Below are positions 8,304 to 14,983 of a stretch of DNA of 64,000 nt, in pieces. Made by a program: the position numbers and the translations under genes. The notes beneath the pieces are model-generated. The model was not told the DNA's origin, did no database searches, and worked only from the letters and a program-made list of their open reading frames with translations. Numbering within the stretch: the stretch's first letter is position 1; each line of letters opens with the position of its first letter. Origin of the DNA: an uncultured Gammaproteobacteria bacterium (lineage in GTDB: Bacteria > Pseudomonadota > Gammaproteobacteria > JABCZS01); contig CAWKDC010000003.1 of assembly GCA_963848305.1 (NCBI GenBank), positions 1 to 64,000 of the forward strand. Reading direction: 5' to 3'.

Positions 8304-8858
8304 CTAGCAACTCTCTGTATCGGAGTCCTTTTTAGCCATCTTGCGCTTCATTCCACGGCTTAGAGTAGGAGCTTTGTAGATTTCTGCACGAATTTCAGCT
8401 GTTTCTGCAATCTGTTCTTCGGTAAGACTTTCCATCGATTCAGGATAAGGCAGTGAGGCATCCAAATTGTACAGACCTTTTGCATCACGTTCTGCATATG
8501 GGGTATGTCTCGCATACAATCCAGATACAGTCATATCATCGAACGGGTGTGGAACTTCACTGGCTTTCTTGCCTGTTATTTCAATCTCAAAGTTGCGCAG
8601 TTGAATCTTGCAAGCGATGCAATCACAACCACTCCATTGAAGTTTTCCATCTTCATCAACAAATACGTTGGCATCAACATGTCTTACTACGGCGTCTGGG
8701 CACAATTTTGTTGTCAATTCGTTGTGAGTGCCCATGCGATCACGTCTACAGCCTACACAAGAGCAGTCACCATCATCTAAACGGTGAGTGTAAGATGTTT
8801 TATCACCAAGACGAGCATCAACATCCATGCGGCGCTCAAGCTCATCCTTCAAACTCAT
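8304..8858 (-). CDS. Cys-rich hypothetical phage protein
   Basis: Two CxCxxC motifs; start uncertain (8858-8963). Confidence 0.6.
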   Translation of the reverse strand: MSLKDELERRMDVDARLGDKTSYTHRLDDGDCSCVGCRRDRMGTHNELTTKLCPDAVVRHVDANVFVDEDGKLQWSGCDCIACKIQLRNFEIEITGKKASEVPHPFDDMTVSGLYARHTPYAERDAKGLYNLDASLPYPESMESLTEEQIAETAEIRAEIYKAPTLSRGMKRKMAKKDSDTESC

Positions 8859-8975
8859 AAACGAAACTTTGTCGGGTATGTTCAAATCCAAATCTCCTAA
8901 ATTGTACTTCTGAATGATTAGTAGTTTAAAGCACTTTTGAGTATTATAGCAAATGTTGAACAATAGTGCTGAAAG

Positions 8976-9006
8976 AAAAAACCCTCTTCGGTGAAAAAGA
9001 GGGTTT
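8976..9006 (-). terminator. Rho-independent terminator
   Basis: AAACCCTCTT/AAGAGGGTTT stem with a T-tract on the minus strand. Confidence 0.65.
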
Positions 9007-9041
9007 AGAGATTTAGAGGCTTAGAGAATTAATCAATCCTC

Positions 9042-9251
9042 CTATTGTTGTTTTCCAATTGCGTACATAAGACTCTCAGGAACTGCGGTGGCAGATTTCC
9101 AGATGTTATCGGTAGGCACGCCTCGGTATTCCCATTGGACGAACTGAACACCATCATCCTTTTGAGATCTGATCAATCTCCATTTAGCGTTCCAGATCAA
9201 ATCTGATTCTGAGGTCTCGAAGATTATGTCAGGCTTTTTTTCTTTTGTCAT
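9042..9251 (-). CDS. hypothetical phage protein
   Basis: TGATG overlap with the upstream gene; MTKEKKPDIIF... Confidence 0.55.
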   Translation of the reverse strand: MTKEKKPDIIFETSESDLIWNAKWRLIRSQKDDGVQFVQWEYRGVPTDNIWKSATAVPESLMYAIGKQQ

Positions 9252-9805
9252 CACTTGACTTCCTTGTATTTGAATGTCTGCTTCAGATTGAGGCTGTAGG
9301 CGATGCCCGTTTTGGTGTTCATCAGACACTCGCCCGTTCGCTGATAACTCCACTTATCATCTTTGGGTGCTGGTAAGGGTAATTTTGCGATTCGATCATA
9401 CTCACAAAAGTCGCTGTCGCAAAATGGATGTGCCTTTCTATGCTCCTTGCCAAACTTTTCTTGCTTCTTAATCAAAGCTTGTTCGGCTTCTTCTTTAGTT
9501 AGCCAAACATCTTTACCAGGTTCAATTGTATGAATAGATTCTTCAATGCCGCACTCATCTTCGTAATAACGGACTTCCGTTATATATGAGATATCTTGGT
9601 TGGAGTAAGACTCAATCTTACCATCTTTAGTTTTGATATAAGTTGTCGTTAGCTTGACTACTACATGGTCTATTGTAGTTTGGCTTAAACTCAACTTGAT
9701 ATGGAAGCGATTAAAACCTGATTGCATAGAAGCGACTTTCCAAAATGTGTCGCCGGGCATATAATCTGGTTTATCCACGTAAATTCCTGAACTTAGCGAG
9801 CACAT
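9251..9805 (-). CDS. hypothetical phage protein
   Basis: 184-aa ORF; start uncertain. Confidence 0.6.
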   Translation of the reverse strand: MCSLSSGIYVDKPDYMPGDTFWKVASMQSGFNRFHIKLSLSQTTIDHVVVKLTTTYIKTKDGKIESYSNQDISYITEVRYYEDECGIEESIHTIEPGKDVWLTKEEAEQALIKKQEKFGKEHRKAHPFCDSDFCEYDRIAKLPLPAPKDDKWSYQRTGECLMNTKTGIAYSLNLKQTFKYKEVK

Positions 9806-10211
9806 CTTCTAGATTTGAGAATTCAGAATCTAGTCTGGAGACAGCTCGGTTGAAAACATTGAATAGCTCTTTATTCTGGTTGGCTGAAATCTGTGCGCTC
9901 TTCCTCTGGAAGTCGTTCAGTTCAGCATCATCAGCTTGAGCTTGAAATTCAGCAGCATTCTTGTCAAAGCTGTTACTCACTTCAGTGAAACTTGCTGAAA
10001 GGGCTGAGTGCATCTTATCGACTGACTGCTCGACGTATGTGAATTGTGTCTCAATAACAGCTGAATAGCGCTCGAACCCAGTTGCTTCATTCATCTCTTG
10101 CGAAGCTTGTTCTCGTAATACGAGCATCTCTTCTCTAGTTGGCATGGAAAGTAAGACTTTCTCTGACTCATCCAGGTTTATCTCACCTAGTAATTTTTCA
10201 GCCTTGGACAT
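9771..10211 (-). CDS. coiled-coil hypothetical protein
   Basis: GAGG RBS before MSKAEKLL; heptad-like composition. Confidence 0.6.
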   Translation of the reverse strand: MSKAEKLLGEINLDESEKVLLSMPTREEMLVLREQASQEMNEATGFERYSAVIETQFTYVEQSVDKMHSALSASFTEVSNSFDKNAAEFQAQADDAELNDFQRKSAQISANQNKELFNVFNRAVSRLDSEFSNLEDVLAKFRNLRG

Positions 10212-10281
10212 TGTAAAACCTCTAGTTTGGAGATCATAGTCTATAAGATTTTCTCTCAACTGTCTAGCTTTTTCGTGAAAT

Positions 10282-10356
10282 TGGCACTTCCAGCGGATCT
10301 CGAAACCGCATCTTATCCGTGACAGGGATAAATCCTAACCTTTAGAAGATGGAAGT
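10282..10356 (-). tRNA. tRNA-Asp(GTC)
   Basis: ACTTCCA/TGGAAGT acceptor; TATCC-CT-GTC-AC-GGATA; G73; CCA. Confidence 0.88.
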
Positions 10357-10358
10357 AT

Positions 10359-10430
10359 TGGCACACCGCCGAGAAATCGAATCCCGTCCTGGAGTTTTGG
10401 AGACTCTGTGGACACCATGTCCTGCGGTAT
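10359..10430 (-). tRNA. tRNA-Trp(CCA) with minimal D-arm
   Basis: ATACCGC/GCGGTGT acceptor; GGAC-ATGGT-GTCC; AGAGT-CT-CCA-AA-ACTCC; CCA. Confidence 0.82.
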
Positions 10431-10439
10431 ATATGTAAT

Positions 10440-10679
10440 TTAGTCTACCTCTGCTCTGAGTCTGCTCTTTTCGACGCATCTTCTCCTGAATGTTCCTGTG
10501 AAATTAACAGTTTTAGTAGTCTCTGATGTGGCAGTAATTGTGCCTTTTTCCAAGATTTTATAATCTCCATTGACTACCTCTAAGGCTGCTTGTATAAGAT
10601 CGGTATCTCTAGTCTCAGTTAAGCGATACAAGGTTTTAAAATACAAAGAGTTCACGTTTATAGTTAGGGTTAAGTCCAC
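10440..10679 (-). CDS. hypothetical protein ending LRAEVD
   Basis: GAGGT RBS with GTG start. Confidence 0.55.
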   Translation of the reverse strand: MDLTLTINVNSLYFKTLYRLTETRDTDLIQAALEVVNGDYKILEKGTITATSETTKTVNFTGTFRRRCVEKSRLRAEVD

Positions 10680-10702
10680 TTTTAATCTACCTCTGCTCTG
10701 AG
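10444..10702. repeat. 17-bp direct repeat TCTACCTCTGCTCTGAG (10444-10460, 10686-10702)
   Basis: Exact match read from the sequence. Confidence 0.85.
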
Positions 10703-10995
10703 CGATGTTTTTCCGACTACCGTTTCATAATCAATCTGCTTATCCATACCTTTCTGCATCAGACCGATATACTTGACTGAATATTTGGACGCAATTATCT
10801 CTTTCCAGTCAGGGTCTTTTGCGACTTCTTTTCTCAGGTCTTCATCTTTTATCTGACGAGGAATGTTACATCTTCTGACAAGAATTCAAGAAGCACCTTT
10901 TTTCGATGATTAAATTGAATTCTTCTCTCCAAGCGATTAGCGAGATCCTTGATTTTTTCTTTTTGTTTAGCATCTACTGTAGCGTGTATAGCCAT
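10682..10995 (-). CDS. hypothetical protein ending LRAEVD; one apparent frameshift ~10865
   Basis: MAIHATVDAKQKEKI... joins IPRQIKDEDLRKEV...SLRAEVD. Confidence 0.5.
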
Positions 10996-11060
10996 ATCTT
11001 TTAAAATACCTCGGTCTGAAGTGTAGGCTTATTATCCCACATTTGATTCGATTTAAAAAG

Positions 11061-11135
11061 TGGTGCCCCATGTCAGGTGCGAGCTGACACTTGATAGTTT
11101 CTAAGACTATTTTCTCTACATTGGAATAATGGGGC
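11061..11135 (-). tRNA. tRNA-Leu(TAG), short variable loop
   Basis: GCCCCAT/ATGGGGC acceptor; ATAGT-CT-TAG-AA-ACTAT; CCA. Confidence 0.87.
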
Positions 11136-11136
11136 T

Positions 11137-11211
11137 TGGTACTCCTAGTCAGGTTCGAGCTGACAACTACTAATTTTTGAAATTAGTTCCTCTACATTGG
11201 GATATAGGAGC
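11137..11211 (-). tRNA. tRNA-Leu(CAA), short variable loop
   Basis: GCTCCTA/TAGGAGT acceptor; CTAAT-TT-CAA-AA-ATTAG; CCA. Confidence 0.87.
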
Positions 11212-11214
11212 ATT

Positions 11215-11293
11215 TGGTCTTCGACCCCAGGCTCGAACTGGGAGGTCACAAGGGGTTTAGGCCCTCGGCATTTACCGATTCTGCTAGTCGAAG
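11215..11293 (-). tRNA. tRNA-Leu(TAA), C33, 7-nt variable loop
   Basis: CTTCGAC/GTCGAAG acceptor; GAGGG-CC-TAA-AC-CCCTT; CCA. Confidence 0.8.
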
Positions 11294-11297
11294 AAAT

Positions 11298-11395
11298 TGG
11301 AGGAAAAGATCCGATTTGAACGGATGGAACCGGAGTGTTTACCGATCCAGCACTTTTCAAGAGTGCCGCATTAAGCCGGGCTCTGCCACTTTTCC
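11298..11395 (-). tRNA. tRNA-Ser(TGA)
   Basis: GGAAAAG/CTTTTCC acceptor; GCACT-CT-TGA-AA-AGTGC; long V-arm; CCA. Confidence 0.92.
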
Positions 11396-11399
11396 ATTT

Positions 11400-11474
11400 T
11401 GGGATGCAGTACGGGTAACGATCCCGTACGACGATCTTCACAAGATCGGATGCTTCCATTACATCAACTACATC
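11400..11474 (-). tRNA. tRNA-His(GTG) with encoded G-1:C73
   Basis: G-ATGTAGT/ACTGCAT-C acceptor; CGATC-TT-GTG-AA-GATCG; CCA. Confidence 0.9.
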
Positions 11475-11569
11475 ATATAACATACCAGATTTGCAGTCAT
11501 TTAGCGTGTATGTCAGACGCTGATGCATATAACCCTCAACATCATTGGGTCTTCCAACTAGGGAAGAAA

Positions 11570-11644
11570 TGGCTCCGGGAGCCCGGCTTGAACAGGCTCT
11601 CCATGAGTAACAGTCATGTTTGCTGCCAATTACAACATCCCGGA
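11570..11644 (-). tRNA. tRNA-Asn(GTT)
   Basis: TCCGGGA/TCCCGGA acceptor; CATGA-CT-GTT-AC-TCATG; CCA. Confidence 0.9.
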
Positions 11645-11686
11645 ATAATTTGAAATCCATTGGGTGAAAATTGCTTCGGAAAAAAA

Positions 11687-11757
11687 TGCATCTGGGGAAT
11701 CTTGCAATCCCATAGTTCAGTTTAAAAGACTGGTGCCCGCTTTTAGGCGTCAGATGC
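11687..11757 (-). tRNA. tRNA-Lys(TTT), degenerate D and T loops
   Basis: GCATCTG/CAGATGC acceptor; CCAGT-CT-TTT-AA-ACTGA. Confidence 0.72.
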
Positions 11758-11760
11758 ATA

Positions 11761-11833
11761 AGCTTCTGGCCTGGAAACGATCCGACAACTCTGCGATACA
11801 AAGGCAGTATTTTTCCGATTAAACTACAGAAGC
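11761..11833 (-). tRNA. tRNA-Thr(TGT), bulged T-stem
   Basis: GCTTCTG/CAGAAGC acceptor; CTGCC-TT-TGT-AT-CGCAG. Confidence 0.72.
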
Positions 11834-11882
11834 ATATTTTGAATGTTTCAGCAGCTTTCGCATATTTAGTTTTAAAAGATTT

Positions 11883-11953
11883 TGGAGCTAGACGGTAATG
11901 CTCCGTCGTCTCGAAGGTGCAAGCTTCGTATTCTGCTTTTAAACTACAGCCCC
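11883..11953 (-). tRNA. tRNA-Ala(TGC)
   Basis: GGGGCTG/TAGCTCC acceptor with G3:U70; CGAAG-CT-TGC-AC-CTTCG. Confidence 0.9.
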
Positions 11954-12176
11954 TTGGGCTATGCGGCTGCGCTTGTAGTTCGTTTTGTCGTTTCGTAGTT
12001 TTCATGATTCCTTATTCCAGATAGTTCAGTATGTGAATTTGACAATAAATGATTCGACCACAGTGAGCGGGAATCGTTATGTCTATTCAGACTATCGAGG
12101 AGGAATAACATGATAACTACACAGTACCTTTGATATCTGGGCTCTAGGTGGCTTGCAAGCAGCGGCGCCCTGGAGC
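11950..12176 (+). ncRNA. Rod-shaped RNA with central bubble, 6S RNA-like
   Basis: Nested pairings across ~225 nt with G-U pairs on the + strand; the 3' motif ACCTTTGA...GGGCTC...GCGGCG resembles 6S. Confidence 0.6.
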
Positions 12177-12189
12177 AACTATTTAAAAA

Positions 12190-12263
12190 TGGAGCGGGAC
12201 AAGAGACTCAAACTCTTATCTTTTGCTTGGAAGGCAAAGGCACAATCCTTATACCAGTCCCGC
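12190..12263 (-). tRNA. tRNA-Gly(TCC)
   Basis: GCGGGAC/GTCCCGC acceptor; TTTGC-CT-TCC-AA-GCAAA; U73; CCA. Confidence 0.92.
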
Positions 12264-12307
12264 GTATGTCGCTCACTTATAATACCCTGAGCAAAATAGG
12301 GATGAAT

Positions 12308-12383
12308 TGGTCGTGTGTACCAGATTTGAACTGGTGTTCACGAGGTGAAAGCCCGTTTTCCTTGACCACTAGAAGAACACACG
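12308..12383 (-). tRNA. tRNA-Glu(TTC)
   Basis: CGTGTGT/ACACACG acceptor; ACGGG-CT-TTC-AC-CTCGT; CCA. Confidence 0.9.
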
Positions 12384-12444
12384 TTATTTAGACGTTGCGT
12401 TCGCTCTCTCGTAGGTAGGAAGTTTGGGTGTTCATAGTTTTGTT

Positions 12445-12474
12445 ACTATACAACAGGTCAGTTCAGTCTGTCAA
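12445..12474 (-). promoter_or_regulatory. sigma70-type promoter heading the tRNA array
   Basis: TTGACA-N18-TATAGT. Confidence 0.7.
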
Positions 12475-12491
12475 CACTTTTATTTCAAAAT

Positions 12492-12644
12492 TCATTTTTT
12501 GGAAATTCCCAAATTGAAATACACACCAAAATTCAACCATTTAATATGATGTAACCAGCGATTGTCAGCTTCTCTCACACATGCGTGATGAAAACGCCAA
12601 GTAAATCCATATGGACACCAAAATTCTCGAAGCTGAAAGTACAT
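12492..12644 (-). CDS. small aromatic-rich protein
   Basis: AGGAGG RBS; MYFQLREFW... Confidence 0.5.
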   Translation of the reverse strand: MYFQLREFWCPYGFTWRFHHACVREADNRWLHHIKWLNFGVYFNLGISKK

Positions 12645-12652
12645 TACCCCTC

Positions 12653-12892
12653 CTACCCAGGAAACATTCTTGAAAACTGATCCCACATAGTATTCGTCTT
12701 ATCCTCCGCAAGCGTCATCCAATCTGGAACTTCGGAGTTGAATCTAAAGTAGCAATTTGCTATGCCTAAATGCCAATCAAGCCGATGGCGAAGATTCGTA
12801 GACTCTGAATAGTCTGGTGAGTGTGAATACTCAAAACCTGTATTCCAAACTGTGCTTAATGAAAGATAGAGAGGGTTTCGAAGTGAATTCAT
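12653..12892 (-). CDS. hypothetical phage protein
   Basis: ATGA overlap with the upstream gene. Confidence 0.55.
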   Translation of the reverse strand: MNSLRNPLYLSLSTVWNTGFEYSHSPDYSESTNLRHRLDWHLGIANCYFRFNSEVPDWMTLAEDKTNTMWDQFSRMFPG

Positions 12893-13092
12893 ACTCCCTC
12901 TAATTCAAACAACATATCTACTAAATTGGTTAAGGTTTTGAAACACACCTTAACTGCTTCCTCCAGCTCTATAGCATTTTTAGGAGGCTTTTGGGCGCCA
13001 TACATATCACCCCATTCAAACATCATTGAGCCATGGGCTTCTTTGTATTCTTCGATTGCTTCTAATAGTTGTTCTTTTGTTGGTTTCACCAC
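12889..13092 (-). CDS. hypothetical phage protein
   Basis: ORF with RBS. Confidence 0.55.
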   Translation of the reverse strand: MVKPTKEQLLEAIEEYKEAHGSMMFEWGDMYGAQKPPKNAIELEEAVKVCFKTLTNLVDMLFELEGV

Positions 13093-13288
13093 GAGACCCT
13101 TCTAAAAATGTATCCAAACTTATCATCCAATCCAAATATCCCTACATAGAAGTAGCTAAAAAAGCCTACGACTTCTCCGTCTTGTCTACGTTGATAAGTG
13201 AACTGAGTGGGAGATTTTGAACTGAGAGGCAATACATATGTTCTCTTTAGTTTCTTTTTGGGCATTGATTAAGTCCACGAAATTAGTT

Positions 13289-13317
13289 TTGACATTTACT
13301 ACAGAATCTTGTATATT
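13289..13317 (+). promoter_or_regulatory. phage early-type sigma70 promoter
   Basis: TTGACA-N17-TATATT. Confidence 0.75.
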
Positions 13318-13355
13318 GATTGTGTTGAAAGATTTTTAGCACAAATGGAGATAAA

Positions 13356-14300
13356 ATGAAAGACCATAGACACACTCAAAGAGGCGAATGCCAAGTTTGT
13401 GGACATTTTCAAGCTTGTGCAGTTGGAACCTATAAACTTGCTGAACATGGCTATACGACTCGTCATGGTTTCTTTGAAGGTCGTTGTTTTGGATCTTTCC
13501 ATCTTCCTCTCGAACTCGATAAGTCTATCATTGTTCAAATCATCTCAAATGTAGAAGAAGATCTTAAAGATATGAGAGCTGTTTATGAAGATTATACAAA
13601 ACGTAAATCTGGCTCCACTAAAGTTCTCAAAGATGTAGAAGCTAGCAAGATGGTCAAGAAAGCTTTTGGGGTCGAAACAGAATCAAAGTGGGTAGAAGTC
13701 GAGATTCGTGGTGATAACAAAGCTGAATGGGATGCCCCAACGCATTATTATCCACGTGGACGCTTTCCACAAAGCACAGCTGAACAAGCTTTTCCAATAT
13801 TGAATTTAAGATATCTGAATGTCCTCAATATAGGGATCGACCAACGAGTCACTTACATCAAATGGCAGAATGGAAGACTGAAAGCTTGGCAAGCGCGACC
13901 TCTCATTGATGTTGAAAAAACTGAACGCGCCAAACGAGATGAAATAGCTGCGCGTCGTGCTGAAAGATTAAGAATCAAGGAAGAGAAAGAAGCTAAGAAG
14001 AGAACAAATAAAACCCCCAAACCAGAAAATGTCGAACAAGCTCGTAAAGATGTGATGATTTTGGTTGAGCGCCCGCTATATAAGGACTACGACCTTCATC
14101 CAAATCATCTGAGAACTAATGAAAGATGGAAATGCGTAATAAACACAACATATGGGGGTTGTGCTTATATAGATAATCATGAGCAAGCTGAAGCTTTTTT
14201 CCAACAAATTGCAGACAATCCAAGTGGTAAAATCTCGGTAGAATGCAGATCTTGCTGCGCAGCCCTTAAAAAATGCAAATGTCGTCCCGTGGAGGTTTAA
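13356..14300 (+). CDS. hypothetical phage protein with N- and C-terminal Cys/His Zn-binding motifs
   Basis: GECQVCG...AEHGY...CFGS; CRSCC...CKC; GGAG RBS. Confidence 0.8.
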   Translation: MKDHRHTQRGECQVCGHFQACAVGTYKLAEHGYTTRHGFFEGRCFGSFHLPLELDKSIIVQIISNVEEDLKDMRAVYEDYTKRKSGSTKVLKDVEASKMVKKAFGVETESKWVEVEIRGDNKAEWDAPTHYYPRGRFPQSTAEQAFPILNLRYLNVLNIGIDQRVTYIKWQNGRLKAWQARPLIDVEKTERAKRDEIAARRAERLRIKEEKEAKKRTNKTPKPENVEQARKDVMILVERPLYKDYDLHPNHLRTNERWKCVINTTYGGCAYIDNHEQAEAFFQQIADNPSGKISVECRSCCAALKKCKCRPVEV

Positions 14301-14301
14301 A

Positions 14302-14628
14302 ATGCCCGGATACTCAAGTACAGATGAAGACCCTCTCTTTCAAAAATTCAGAAAGAGCTTATGTTACCGCGCTGAGTATCTTCTCTTAGATACTTTCGAA
14401 AAAACATCTCAACAAATAAAGCAACTTCGTGAAGACAAAGGACTTACACAAGAGGATCTGGCGACGGCTATGGAGTGCAGTCCGAGGAAAGTTCGATCAC
14501 TTGAAGATGAGCTTGATAGCAAACATAGCTTGCTGATTCTTGCAAAGGCTGCCGATGCATTGGGTTGCAGACTTGATATAATCTTTACTCCCATTCAAGA
14601 AGGAGAAAAGGATGAACCAACTACCTGA
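14302..14628 (+). CDS. XRE-family HTH regulator
   Basis: IKQLREDKGLTQEDLATAM...LAKAADALG. Confidence 0.85.
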   Translation: MPGYSSTDEDPLFQKFRKSLCYRAEYLLLDTFEKTSQQIKQLREDKGLTQEDLATAMECSPRKVRSLEDELDSKHSLLILAKAADALGCRLDIIFTPIQEGEKDEPTT

Positions 14629-14935
14629 GATACCAGGTCGGTCACGAGCGGCTGATGTGGAAACCTTGGCTACAGCATTTTTAAACGAACTTTACCACGA
14701 TACAAGCTGCTACGACACTTGGGCAGTAGATGACAAGAGAGTGTTCGGGAATAGTGATCTTTATGGAGATATCATCGAACTTTTTGATATCAAGATAGAT
14801 GAGGATGGGCTTTACGCTTTGTCTGATAAATCATTTATAAAAGGCGAGACAGTAGTTGATTACATAAAATCGCTTTGGTTAGATTTGGGCGACTATATCA
14901 AGTCTGAGTGGAAGAAAAGAAAAGATTTGACATAA
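14612..14935 (+). CDS. hypothetical phage protein
   Basis: AGGAG RBS; DDKRVFGNSD motif. Confidence 0.7.
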   Translation: MNQLPEIPGRSRAADVETLATAFLNELYHDTSCYDTWAVDDKRVFGNSDLYGDIIELFDIKIDEDGLYALSDKSFIKGETVVDYIKSLWLDLGDYIKSEWKKRKDLT

Positions 14936-14955
14936 CCTCTGAAATTTTGTACTAT
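14927..14955 (+). promoter_or_regulatory. phage early-type sigma70 promoter
   Basis: TTGACA-TAACCTCTGAAATTTTG-TACTAT. Confidence 0.78.
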
Positions 14956-14983
14956 TGTTCTTGTCAGAAGCGAGGGAAGAACA

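Noticed and set aside
11061-11395. tRNAs with TAG, TAA and TGA anticodons as suppressors
   Set aside because: These anticodons read CUA, UUA and UCA sense codons. Only the CTA anticodon at 17610-17612 reads a stop.
11145-12005. 286-aa ORF on the minus strand
   Set aside because: It runs through eight tRNA genes and the 6S-like RNA, and the translation has no protein-like character.
11883-12180. Possible tmRNA (GGGGCTG start, nearby ACGA-rich tag-like text)
   Set aside because: GGGGCTG closes as a complete 71-nt tRNA-Ala, and there is no tag ORF ending in AA-stop.
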